From Octopus bimaculoides (taxonomy: Eukaryota), in assembly GCF_001194135.2 (NCBI RefSeq), contig NC_068982.1:114399225-114447921 (forward strand): a stretch of DNA of 48,697 nt. Reading direction: 5' to 3'. This document shows, piece by piece, positions 1-12,302 of this stretch. How positions within the stretch are numbered: the stretch's first letter is position 1; each line of letters opens with the position of its first letter. A program made the position numbers and the translations under genes. The notes under the pieces were generated by a model that saw nothing but the letters and a program-made list of their open reading frames with translations, was not told where the DNA came from and did no database searches.

Positions 1-41
1 ATATATATACTTATACGTATGTATATACATACATATATATA

Positions 42-47
42 CACACG

Positions 48-99
<52 letters not shown>
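42..99. repeat. (CA)n microsatellite
   Basis: Direct: uninterrupted CA run. Confidence 0.95.
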
Positions 100-102
<3 letters not shown>

Positions 103-1032
103 GTATAAGATAGAGTTCAATTACAGTGAGATTTGACTGTTATCTCTAGTATGTGACCATGTGGAAGCTCTATTGCCGACTTGTCTCTCGATAAGTAACT
201 GCAATAGGTCAACCAATAGAATAACTCCGCTGAAATGGAGATTTAGAACATTAGATCTGATTTTATTCTACTGAACAGGATCTTCACTTTTATATTGAGA
301 AGCGACGTTTTGCAAGCAATATCTTATTTCTTTTTTAGTAGACATTCCTTTGTCTCTACATCTTAAGCAAAACAAAAAAAAATATTGATTGAATAATCAA
401 AATATGATTAGAAAGCATCATTTCATAATTATAGCACTGAGACTGAATTGTGTTTCTTTTGATTTAATCAATCAATTCAATCAATCAATATTCATTTATC
501 TAACACTAGTGTGATAAATAGAATGCATTGCTAGACATTTCTCCTTTATTATTCCCCACATCCAATCAAATGCATTTTTGAATGAGTGATTGGATCTATT
601 GATTGCAGATGAGTGCATTTCTAAGCTGCCTATTGTGGCAGAAACAAGTTTAATATACTGTAATTTAAGGAAACATTATTTCGACACTACTCTCAGTGCT
701 TTCAGTGGTAACATGTATATCTTCAGGATACGTATTTACATAGAGGTACACAAAATCATTAATAAATAAGAATTAAACACTGCGGTTTCTCTGACGGAGA
801 ATTCTACCTCAAATGTTAACTTTTCTTCCAAACAGCAAACCACTATTTTCCTTTTCTGAACTGTTTACACTCACTAGTAGCCATTAGAGACCAGCACTAC
901 AGCACTAGTTTGCTCTGATCCTGGCACTTGCTTGGTTATTTTCACTGCGGAAGTGCTGGTGGTTAGAGCTTTGTCGCTGAATCCGATACCTTGACACATT
1001 TTTGAGTTGAACAATTCCCATACGCTTGTCAA

Positions 1033-1608
1033 ATATTTATCACCACTTAAACGTGGATGTTCTATGAGAAAATAAACTACACTGCGTTAGATACCATGAG
1101 AGAAATTCTCATATTGGCTTTTGGATCAAAAAGTTCTCTTGTTTATATAAATTCCCGCCATCACCAGCGACGAGACCACCAGCTCACGTGATTTCGACGT
1201 TTCTTGGTCTTGTCAATGACGGACGTACAACGGCTAGAGATAGCAGCGACTCATTTCCCGACTAGTGATATATAGAATAGCAGTGCCAGAACAAGCACTG
1301 GTGTCACGATTACCCAGTGAGCTTGTCGAAAATATATATATTAGCGACAGAGGCAGTATTAATACCAGGAGGTAATATTTATCCCCACTTAAACGTGGAT
1401 GTTCTGTTTAAACAAACTATCCTGCGGTAGATATCATGAGGAAAACTCTCGTTCTGACTTTTGGCGCAAAATGCACTCTTGTTTATATCGCTAGCGAGGA
1501 GATAAATCATCGCCACTTCCAATGCCGAGACCATCAGATCACGTGATTTCGACCACCCTTGGTCTTGTCAAGGACTGACGTTCGACCGATAGAGATAGCA
1601 GCGGCTCA
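1033..1608 (+). repeat. Imperfect tandem duplication of a ~220-bp unit (1033-1253 and 1375-1608), possibly MITE-like
   Basis: Both copies share ATATTTATC..CCACTTAAACGTGGATGTTCT, TAGATA(C/T)CATGAG, CTCTTGTTTATAT, TCACGTGATTTCGAC, TTGGTCTTGTCAA and TAGAGATAGCAGCG.CTCA in the same order. Confidence 0.8.
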
Positions 1609-2230
1609 ATATATTTAGTTTATGTTATTCTAAATTTATCACTAGTATATTATATATTCTTACCTCTTTAAATTACCTGTTGAGTTTTCTTTGGTAGTTT
1701 TTAGTAAAATATACAGGATTAACTTTATTTACAACAGTTTCTTATCGCACTCACCAGGAAGATCCACATGGTATGTGTGTTATAAATATAAACAGCGCAT
1801 TAAGTAGTTAAATATTTACCTTATCTATAAAATAATAGCCTTGTTGACAAGGATTTCGTTACATTCACTTATTTCCCTTACTTTCAAATTCAACTAAACT
1901 GACATATTTCCTCGTAATATAATGAAACACACCAACAAATTATATTACATTTAACGCATTCACATATATGTAGAATAAATAACCAAAGACCTCACGAATG
2001 TTTGGATTCTAAATAAGGCTAGCTGGGTCACAGTGACAAACCAGTGACTTGGTAGCATGTTTCATATTTTGGCAATTCTTTTAGGTGTTTATGTTGTCAG
2101 GAGCAAACATAAAATTTCCATAAAAGTTCCAACCGCTGACTCTACAGAACATCAAGTATATGGTGGCTAGAAAGAGTGAGAGAGAAGTGAGGTTGCACAA
2201 GCACTCAGTTGGTACTAATTTCAGCTAAGG

Positions 2231-2312
2231 AGATTGGAGTAGCATGAAATAGAGTACCTTGCTCAAGGACACAATGCACTACCCAGTGGAAGAATCGAAC
2301 CTTCCAACTTAT
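2231..2312 (-). mobile_element. Partial tRNA-derived SINE (same family as 42016-42314)
   Basis: GTACCTTGCTCAAGGACACAATGCAC...GAATCGAACC matches GTGTCTTGCTCAAGACCACAACACAC...AATTGAACTC of the 42-kb copy. Confidence 0.55.
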
Positions 2313-2484
2313 GATACGTATGTATGTGTGTGTGTGTGTTCAAAACATATATAGATAGATAGATAGATAAATACATACATATACACATGCATAGACAGAT
2401 AGATAGATAGATAGATATATTGTGTACATATGTTTAGTGTTTAGTGTTTATGTGTGTGCGCGCGTGAGTGCGTAAGTACGTGTG

Positions 2485-2485
2485 A

Positions 2486-2552
<67 letters not shown>
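2485..2552. repeat. Compound (TG)n(AG)n microsatellite
   Basis: Direct. Confidence 0.95.
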
Positions 2553-2555
<3 letters not shown>

Positions 2556-3362
2556 TTATATATTTATTTTCTTAGACGTATTTACATTAAAAAAAATATG
2601 AACACACTGACGTGTGCTCGAGAATGCCCTCAACTATACATCTGACCATATATTATTTTTCCGTTATTAAACGTTAGTTAACTGTCATATCAAATACTAT
2701 TAAGATTGTATCGGTTGGATTATTAAGCTAAATGATAGAAAGAGACTATTGAAAAATCAACCCAAACACTGAAACCTCTTCTGTTTCTGAAGCATCCAAG
2801 AGAAAATCGAATATAAAGGCAATTTACAAATGGCAATTCAAAATGTCGGGTTAGTGTAAAAGTAAGATAGTTATTGAAGCAATGTCATATTATCTGTCTG
2901 ACTTACCCGGTTTTAACGTAAACTTGGATAATCTTTTTACACAAAGAAAGATAAATATATTAAAATCGATGAGATTTAGGAAATATTTATTGGACAACAG
3001 CAAGAAAGTGCTATTTTCAAATTCTTCACTAATATTAATTGTATATCGATCAATTTATTTACCTTTCTATGTAAATATCCATCTGTGTAATAACAAATAG
3101 AAAGGCAGATAGATTGACTGGCATACACAGAGAGATAAGGATAGACACTCGTTCATACATATGTATGTATGTATGTATGTATGTATGTGTATGCCATTAG
3201 CATTGAGGAATAATTTGATTAAAATGTTTTCTTCCTTTTGTCTTATAAATATTTCCCTAATTTCATCGATTTTAATATATTTAGCTTCCTTTGATAAAAC
3301 ATGAATAAATGTGTGTGTATGTATATATACATACATACATATATATAGATCGGAAGAGCGTC

Positions 3363-3906
3363 NNNNNNNNNNNNNNNNNNNNNNNNNNNNNNNNNNNNNN
3401 NNNNNNNNNNNNNNNNNNNNNNNNNNNNNNNNNNNNNNNNNNNNNNNNNNNNNNNNNNNNNNNNNNNNNNNNNNNNNNNNNNNNNNNNNNNNNNNNNNNN
3501 NNNNNNNNNNNNNNNNNNNNNNNNNNNNNNNNNNNNNNNNNNNNNNNNNNNNNNNNNNNNNNNNNNNNNNNNNNNNNNNNNNNNNNNNNNNNNNNNNNNN
3601 NNNNNNNNNNNNNNNNNNNNNNNNNNNNNNNNNNNNNNNNNNNNNNNNNNNNNNNNNNNNNNNNNNNNNNNNNNNNNNNNNNNNNNNNNNNNNNNNNNNN
3701 NNNNNNNNNNNNNNNNNNNNNNNNNNNNNNNNNNNNNNNNNNNNNNNNNNNNNNNNNNNNNNNNNNNNNNNNNNNNNNNNNNNNNNNNNNNNNNNNNNNN
3801 NNNNNNNNNNNNNNNNNNNNNNNNNNNNNNNNNNNNNNNNNNNNNNNNNNNNNNNNNNNNNNNNNNNNNNNNNNNNNNNNNNNNNNNNNNNNNNNNNNNN
3901 NNNNNA
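3363..3906. other. Assembly gap (N-run)
   Basis: Direct. Other gaps: 5804-6095, 7380-7898, 8533-9410, 10274-10436, 34580-35026, 39435-39797, 40311-40915. Confidence 1.
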
Positions 3907-5330
3907 TATATATATATATATAACTGCCGCTATGAAATATCATTCTCTTCACCTTATAATTTCCACTCTTATAAATCTCGTAGCATCTTGTACATAGGAA
4001 TGAAATCTATACCCAGCTTCCCAGCAGTTTACTTCCCATGCTTTCATTTTTCTCTGCTATCATCATTGCCTTTCTTAATGTCAAGAATTTGTTTTGAAAT
4101 AGCTGTATAAGCCTCTTATTGGCCTTAAAGAACGCTAACAAGAGAATTCTGAGGCAGCTGAATGTTAAGTGTTCTCGTTGTTAGCTTACTTCGTTGACGT
4201 TTTCTGTTGTCATCCTCTGTAAGATTACTTTAAAAGAAGTCTCATTTAATGTTGCTATTTATTGGAGGTAGTATGAAATATTTTTGTATTACAAATTCCT
4301 CGGAAAAGAAAGGCCAACGATCATGATTTTCGTAAGCCTTTCCCAGATTTCTAAAACCAATACAGCCGCTGTTGTCAGCAGGTCAATGTCTACATATGAT
4401 TAACGAAATCATGCGAGATTTTGCTAGATCATAGTACATGCAAAATGTGTGCTAGGAAAGAACCGAGGTGTGTAGGCCCGAATGCTTGCTACAAAATGAA
4501 CTCCTCTAAAGCACGAAGATCAAAGCTGTGCTGTTGAGTAACTCCAGGTCAACTCTGGTCGAGCAGATGCATGTTCAGTGGCATTTCAGTCGTGATCATG
4601 TCATTCCTTAAATATCCATAACTATATTCTCCAATTTATGTTGTTTTGTTGTTTCTAAAACGGTATGGTATTTTTAGGGTGTGTGGTTACTATATCTGGC
4701 CATTCACACGACTCCATGCGCATAGCCTTAGGGCTCAGAGGAGTTGGCTGAAGCTCACATGAATACGGGTTCGGTTCATGCATTGCACAACGCGTTGTAC
4801 CCATGAGTAAGTCCCTTCATTTCACATTGCTTCAGTCTAATCAACTGAAAATAAGATTCCGCCGAGTTCTGACGCAGGTCTTTCTCTCTCTTTAACTGCC
4901 ATAATCTCAATGGCCCAGAGAGGGAGAGAGCCGGTCTGGTCATAAAGTGACCAATGGCTTCGCACTCACAAGGTGCTCGTACGACAATGAACATGGCGGG
5001 CTCCAGTTAAACATGCATTTCTTTGATGATGGATCTTTGTACTTGAAATATAGAGGTCATTTAACTTTCACTTTTCGCATTGTAAGAAGCTCTCCGTGTT
5101 CATTATTAGTTATTTTACTTCTATATCATAATGCTACAAGCGAAATACGATGCTCTTCATACGCACAAACACGTGCTCACACACTCACATATACATACAC
5201 ACGTGCAAACATACATATATTACATATATATAAACATAACTGTGTATATATATATATTTTATTATTATTATATAAATATAACTGTATATATTATTATTAT
5301 TATTATTATATATAAATATATAAATGTAAC

Positions 5331-5360
<30 letters not shown>

Positions 5361-5361
<1 letters not shown>

Positions 5362-5624
5362 TCTTTTCTTTTATTTGTTTCAGTCATTTGACTGCGGCCA
5401 TGCTGGAGTATCGCCTTTAGTCGAACAAATCGACCCCAGGACTTATTATTTGTAAGCCTGGTACTTATTCTGTCGGCCACTTTTGCCGAACCGCTAAGAT
5501 ACGGGGACGTAAACACACCAGCATCGGTTGTCAAGCGATGATGGGGGAACAAACACAAACACACACACACAAACATATACATATACAACGGGCTTCTTTC
5601 AGTTTCCGTCTATGACATCCACTC
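5361..5624 (-). mobile_element. SINE-type dispersed repeat, family D (body and tail, head missing)
   Basis: TTTTATTTGTTTCAGTCATTTGACTGCGGCCATGCTGGAG...TAGTCGAACAAATCGAC...GCCGAACCGCTAAGATACGGGGACGTAAACAC. A second diverged copy is at 39290-39434. I recognise this as an abundant Octopus repeat. Confidence 0.7.
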
Positions 5625-5651
5625 AAAAAGACAAAGGACAGAGAAAGTGAT

Positions 5652-5803
5652 TAAGTCGATTACATCTGGTACTTAATTTAACGACCTCGAAAGGATGAAA
5701 GGCAAAATCGACCTCGGCGGAATTTGAACTCAGAACATAACGGCAGGCGAAATACCGCTAAGTATTTCGCCTGGCGTGCTAACGTTTCTGCCAGCTCACC
5801 GCC
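5652..5803 (-). mobile_element. tRNA-derived SINE, family A
   Basis: The reverse complement reads GGCGGTGAGCTGGCAGAAACGTTAGCACGCCAGGCGAAATACTTAGCGG...TTCTGAGTTCAAATTCCGCCGAGGTCGA (pol III B-box-like GAGTTCAAATTCC). Near-identical to 38955-39187. Confidence 0.88.
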
Positions 5804-6312
5804 NNNNNNNNNNNNNNNNNNNNNNNNNNNNNNNNNNNNNNNNNNNNNNNNNNNNNNNNNNNNNNNNNNNNNNNNNNNNNNNNNNNNNNNNNNNNNNNNN
5901 NNNNNNNNNNNNNNNNNNNNNNNNNNNNNNNNNNNNNNNNNNNNNNNNNNNNNNNNNNNNNNNNNNNNNNNNNNNNNNNNNNNNNNNNNNNNNNNNNNNN
6001 NNNNNNNNNNNNNNNNNNNNNNNNNNNNNNNNNNNNNNNNNNNNNNNNNNNNNNNNNNNNNNNNNNNNNNNNNNNNNNNNNNNNNNNNNNNNNNNTATAT
6101 ATATAACCGTTCTCTAAGATGCAAATGACACTTCTCAAAAAATATTAAGTGTTATGGATCTCCTTTTTCTGTTGGAAGAAAATTATCACTCAAATATGAT
6201 AGGCCTAGTGGTATTTTTTACCTCAAAAATGTTAAGTATTTAAATAGATATATTGGAATATTTCATGAAAAACATGTTCAAGTGTCTTCGAAACAAAACA
6301 AATTAGCTTGTT

Positions 6313-6347
6313 AGATGTGTCAGATGTGTCAGATGTGTCAGATGTGT
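6313..6347. repeat. 9-bp minisatellite (AGATGTGTC) x~4
   Basis: Direct. Confidence 0.9.
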
Positions 6348-7898
6348 ACTTGTGGACTGGTTGATTAAGACAAGATAAAGCCTTGCTCTGTGACAGTAAC
6401 AGCGCGTGTTGTAATCCATTTAAAGATGGAATCTGGCTTTTAATTAGAGAATTTTTTCTCCTCTTACTCCAAATATATAATTATATAATTCAGGTGCAGT
6501 ATCTGGAATTGAAAATCGGACTGAAATCACAAGTGTTTGAAGTGGCTGGATTTTTTATCAATTGAAATTTATTAATTTCCATTTGAATTTGGTGAAATAT
6601 GTTTTGTTTTTCCATTCTACATCCGGTAATGAAACTGTTTCAATTTGACAGAAAATTCAAAGGCAAAAATTCCAAAAAGTGAAAACTATTTTAAAACAAA
6701 GGTCTAAGTTGTGCGTACAGACAGCAACAGCAACAGAAAACTGCGGAAGCCACTGTTGGTGTCAAGGCACTCCGGAAAAGTTGAAAGTGATTACCTCGTT
6801 ATTAGTAAATGAAGAAAACAAGGAAACCAAAGTACTGCTTCCTTCGGCTATAATCAATAGTGTTGCCCCCATCGCCTAATGACAATGTCGTATAGACCCA
6901 AAATGACCAAAAGCGACAAGCTGCGAAAGACAGTGTGAAAAGGCCAGCAAAAGTTTAGAGAGACGCGTCATCTTACTTCGCAGTGAAGTTCACAGTTATT
7001 CACATTACAAACGACGAACTGATGGAACATAGATCAGCTGCGCAATCAAAGTTGAAAACATAAGTAAACTCGCAACCATTGCAACGACGGAAAAATTCAC
7101 TCGCACCAAAGAAAACGACGGAAAAATTCACACTCACAACGAAAACTGAAACAAACAGAAACCAAACTCGCAAGAATAACAAACAGATCAACATAAAGCT
7201 CAACAAACATAGCAGTAACCACAGCAGGAACAAAATCAAAAGGAACAACAAAAATAATAAAAAACAAGAACAACTACAACCGTGCACAGATAAATCTTTC
7301 TACACCGCCTTTGGACGGAGAAACAATAAGTCGATAATGTATACAGAACAAAGGAATGATATATATATATATATATATANNNNNNNNNNNNNNNNNNNNN
7401 NNNNNNNNNNNNNNNNNNNNNNNNNNNNNNNNNNNNNNNNNNNNNNNNNNNNNNNNNNNNNNNNNNNNNNNNNNNNNNNNNNNNNNNNNNNNNNNNNNNN
7501 NNNNNNNNNNNNNNNNNNNNNNNNNNNNNNNNNNNNNNNNNNNNNNNNNNNNNNNNNNNNNNNNNNNNNNNNNNNNNNNNNNNNNNNNNNNNNNNNNNNN
7601 NNNNNNNNNNNNNNNNNNNNNNNNNNNNNNNNNNNNNNNNNNNNNNNNNNNNNNNNNNNNNNNNNNNNNNNNNNNNNNNNNNNNNNNNNNNNNNNNNNNN
7701 NNNNNNNNNNNNNNNNNNNNNNNNNNNNNNNNNNNNNNNNNNNNNNNNNNNNNNNNNNNNNNNNNNNNNNNNNNNNNNNNNNNNNNNNNNNNNNNNNNNN
7801 NNNNNNNNNNNNNNNNNNNNNNNNNNNNNNNNNNNNNNNNNNNNNNNNNNNNNNNNNNNNNNNNNNNNNNNNNNNNNNNNNNNNNNNNNNNNNNNNNN

Positions 7899-9462
7899 AA
7901 AGCGGATTACAACATGTAGTTGAGGCTAATGCACATTAGAGATAATGAGAGCTGTATCGGTATCACGTATATATATAATCAATTTTCAGGCTTTTACTGA
8001 CCAAATACAAAGATGGGAAAAATTTAAACATAATCCATCTATTGAATGTTTTGAGTAAACACAAAAAACAGGGTAACCAGTTGTCACTGGTAAATTTTAG
8101 ATGTACTTTCGTACTTCGCACAATGTTTTCCAACCGCTCGTCTTTTTGACGAAGTAGAAGGAAAAATGGAGATTGGACCCCTACTCACAGTCTTTACCAT
8201 TTGAACAATAATTCCGGTCAGACATCGACCGTCGCACTCTGTTGAATACCTGAATAACTACGTTTCCAGGGTGATTTCGGCGAAGAATTAGACTATATCT
8301 TACGGAGAACTTTCTGGCTAAAGACTATAGACACTCTCTCGAGATCTCTGTCCTTTTAGTGCTACCAAGGAACGATGACAGTTTCTGATCTGCTCTACAA
8401 TTACAAAGGTGCTGTCAGTTGGTGTCATCCCGGATGTATGCAGGGCATTGAAACTGTCTGAAAGCGGATTACAACATGTAGTTGAGGCTAATGCACATTA
8501 GAGATAATGAGAGCTGTATCGGTATCACGTAGNNNNNNNNNNNNNNNNNNNNNNNNNNNNNNNNNNNNNNNNNNNNNNNNNNNNNNNNNNNNNNNNNNNN
8601 NNNNNNNNNNNNNNNNNNNNNNNNNNNNNNNNNNNNNNNNNNNNNNNNNNNNNNNNNNNNNNNNNNNNNNNNNNNNNNNNNNNNNNNNNNNNNNNNNNNN
8701 NNNNNNNNNNNNNNNNNNNNNNNNNNNNNNNNNNNNNNNNNNNNNNNNNNNNNNNNNNNNNNNNNNNNNNNNNNNNNNNNNNNNNNNNNNNNNNNNNNNN
8801 NNNNNNNNNNNNNNNNNNNNNNNNNNNNNNNNNNNNNNNNNNNNNNNNNNNNNNNNNNNNNNNNNNNNNNNNNNNNNNNNNNNNNNNNNNNNNNNNNNNN
8901 NNNNNNNNNNNNNNNNNNNNNNNNNNNNNNNNNNNNNNNNNNNNNNNNNNNNNNNNNNNNNNNNNNNNNNNNNNNNNNNNNNNNNNNNNNNNNNNNNNNN
9001 NNNNNNNNNNNNNNNNNNNNNNNNNNNNNNNNNNNNNNNNNNNNNNNNNNNNNNNNNNNNNNNNNNNNNNNNNNNNNNNNNNNNNNNNNNNNNNNNNNNN
9101 NNNNNNNNNNNNNNNNNNNNNNNNNNNNNNNNNNNNNNNNNNNNNNNNNNNNNNNNNNNNNNNNNNNNNNNNNNNNNNNNNNNNNNNNNNNNNNNNNNNN
9201 NNNNNNNNNNNNNNNNNNNNNNNNNNNNNNNNNNNNNNNNNNNNNNNNNNNNNNNNNNNNNNNNNNNNNNNNNNNNNNNNNNNNNNNNNNNNNNNNNNNN
9301 NNNNNNNNNNNNNNNNNNNNNNNNNNNNNNNNNNNNNNNNNNNNNNNNNNNNNNNNNNNNNNNNNNNNNNNNNNNNNNNNNNNNNNNNNNNNNNNNNNNN
9401 NNNNNNNNNNAGTTGAGGCTAATGCACATTAGAGATAATGAGAGCTGTATCGGTATCACGTA
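7899..9462 (+). repeat. Identical 71-bp segment at 7899-7969 and 8461-8531, with a 52-bp sub-copy at 9411-9462, each at a gap edge
   Basis: AAAGCGGATTACAACATGTAGTTGAGGCTAATGCACATTAGAGATAATGAGAGCTGTATCGGTATCACGTA repeated without mismatch. Confidence 0.9.
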
Positions 9463-10069
9463 GTGCACAGGTAGATGTTGCTACGTCAGAAGTCATTGTA
9501 GAATCATTAGGGGAGACTGAGAGTGAATGCAGTTGATTACGTACATATATACTAAAACTTGTTTGTGAGAGAAGGGTTGGTAAATAAGTCGAATGATATT
9601 CCGATTTTAAAGAAACTACAGGAAGCATTTTGTATTGAAATCAATATATGTACAATAATACATTGAGACAACCTTATCAAATAACTCTAATATGTAATGA
9701 ACTACAAGATGTGCGTATGATAGCTAGCACAATTTGGTGAACTGCGACAAGAAGCATAAAATAACCAAGTCCCTTGCCAGAATTTATAACTAAGTAATAA
9801 TTGTAACTATAACTCAAATAAGGAACTCATTACCGTTTCAAACCTAAATCTGCTATCAATATAAAGGATTGAAGATGTAATTTAGTACATAGTATATCAT
9901 AAAAGGCCTATGTATAATGAACCCAAATTAATTTGGTCTGATTACATGCAAGTTTGCAAATTACTTTTAGGAAATGATAATCAAAGCATTTTACTGTAGA
10001 ATCATTTCTATAGAAGTTCACGTTGAATACAACATTCAGATCAGATTGCTTTCTGTATCTGTCTCCCTC

Positions 10070-10101
10070 TCTCTTTCATTCTCTCTCTCTCTATCTCTCT
10101 C

Positions 10102-10150
<49 letters not shown>
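10070..10150. repeat. (CT)n microsatellite
   Basis: Direct. Confidence 0.95.
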
Positions 10151-10151
<1 letters not shown>

Positions 10152-10631
10152 TTCCTCTCTTTCTTGCTTACACATGAAAGCACAAGAGAGCGCATGCGCT
10201 CACAGACACATACTGATTACACCTTTATGTTCACGCACAAATACAAAATAATGTGCAAAAACTAGAATCATGANNNNNNNNNNNNNNNNNNNNNNNNNNN
10301 NNNNNNNNNNNNNNNNNNNNNNNNNNNNNNNNNNNNNNNNNNNNNNNNNNNNNNNNNNNNNNNNNNNNNNNNNNNNNNNNNNNNNNNNNNNNNNNNNNNN
10401 NNNNNNNNNNNNNNNNNNNNNNNNNNNNNNNNNNNNTATAACTGTACAGTTAGCTATATATGGATAATTATATACATGTAAATGTATATATGTGTGTGTG
10501 TGTATACGTATATATATATATATGCATATATATATATATGCGCATATATATATATGCATTGTGTGTGTATACCTAATCATATAAACATATTGCTAACTAT
10601 AAACATAAACATAAAAAGTGAGTTAAAAGCA

Positions 10632-10678
10632 TGTGTGTGTATGTGTGTGTGTCTGTGTGTGTGTGTGTCTGTGTGTGT

Positions 10679-10726
<48 letters not shown>

Positions 10727-10770
10727 GTGTGCGTGTGTGTGTAGTGTAAAGAGAAAGTGTGTGTGTGTGC
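10632..10770. repeat. Imperfect (TG)n microsatellite
   Basis: Direct. Confidence 0.95.
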
Positions 10771-11424
10771 AGTGTAAAGAGAAAGTGAAAGAGCCTGAGA
10801 GACACAATTTATGAAAAGGAATGTAGGAACACCTAGTAGATAGAACATCCAAACGAGGCGTATTATATCCAATTTACTTTACGTAATAATTCACTGCTGA
10901 AGCAATTGTATAACAGCATTGAAACGAACTGAGAAGGTATGATATGAACAAATACAACCTGAGTGCAACAATTGATTTATAAAATATAAAAACAGAAAAT
11001 ATTTATCATGAAGGCGGCGAAACATGTTCGGATGTTATAGTAGAGTATTCGATGCAGGAACAATACATGGTAATAATTACACAATACATAGCTTCGTAGA
11101 ACTTCATATATATCCTAATCTCCATGTATGTTAGTCATTATCTCACATGCCATTATCTTCATGTGGGATGAATAAACGTTTTTGATACCAGCTTAATTGC
11201 ATAAAAGACAGGAAATATGCAACAATAGTTGAACTACATGCATGCTTGCAATTCTCTTCCTCCCCACCTGCGCACTCACAGACTCACCTCTGTCTCTCCC
11301 TGCTTCGTTCTTGTTCTTGCTGCGGTATGGATATGTTTTTATGCTTACGGAGTACGTGTGTGAACATATATATATGTATGTGTGTATATATATATAGACC
11401 GACGTAATAGATAGTAAATTTAAC

Positions 11425-11426
<2 letters not shown>

Positions 11427-11474
<48 letters not shown>
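11427..11474. repeat. (GATA)n microsatellite
   Basis: Direct. Confidence 0.95.
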
Positions 11475-11475
<1 letters not shown>

Positions 11476-12224
11476 GAACATGTACATGTGGACATAATCT
11501 AAACTCCCCGGAATAACAGGAATTAGGTTTTCGTTGGCTTGGCAAAACATCAAAGAAGAAAATAAAGGAACATAACAACAGAAATGCAAAGTTTATAATA
11601 TTAGTCTAACGCTAGAAGGAAGAAAAAGAATTTAAAATCTTTTGTTTCGGATAGTAGTCCTTCATCAAAGAATAGCGAAGAAAAGACGAAGAAAGAGAAG
11701 TTAGAGGGAGAAAAAATTCCGCGGAATTGAATTATATTATGTGGCTAATGGCACTTTCTCATCGTACTACCAAATTAACTAAACATGGAATTTCCTCCCG
11801 AAGGCATTTCTAGCATATACTTGCGCGTCTGCGAGGGTGCGTGTCTTTATATGTAACAAGCACGACTAAGTTATATAATTCAGAAGTACACGTAGTCAAC
11901 TGAATGAACTCCAATACCTGATGTTATTATTTTAACAATCTCTCACAAACAAAAGAGTTGCCAGGGGTATTCAAACTTATATTAAATCAACAGGGTATTT
12001 TTCCCTAAAATATGAGCGAATGTTAATATTTGGTTTTAGCCCCGTGATAATCGCTGGATCTACTCAGATGAATAGCCAGAGCATATATACTTTTTTATTT
12101 GAATCAACAGAAAATTACAAAAATGACTCAAAGGCCGTGAATATCGTACAAAGACACTTATCAATAAGTGTGTGTATGTGTGCGAGAGAGAGATACAGAG
12201 AGAGGGGGAGAGAGAGTGAGTGAG

Positions 12225-12302
12225 TTAGGGAGTGAGTGAGTGAATGAGTGAGTGAGCGAATGAGTGAGTGGGCGAGTGAGTGAGTGTGTGTGTGAGTGAG
12301 TG
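12225..12302. repeat. Imperfect (GAGT)n microsatellite
   Basis: Direct. Confidence 0.9.

Noticed and set aside
6494-6540. Possible terminal exon GAVSGIENRTEITSV* ending in a PDZ-like motif
   Set aside because: The acceptor lacks a polypyrimidine tract, and a short frame like this is easily chance.
7079-7939. 286-aa K/N/T/Q-rich ORF
   Set aside because: About two-thirds is N-gap, and the rest is a by-product of the A/C-skewed composition. There is no ATG start and no recognisable domain.
11715-11728. 14-bp perfect palindrome AATTCCGCGGAATT
   Set aside because: Isolated, with no supporting context; one such palindrome is not compelling.
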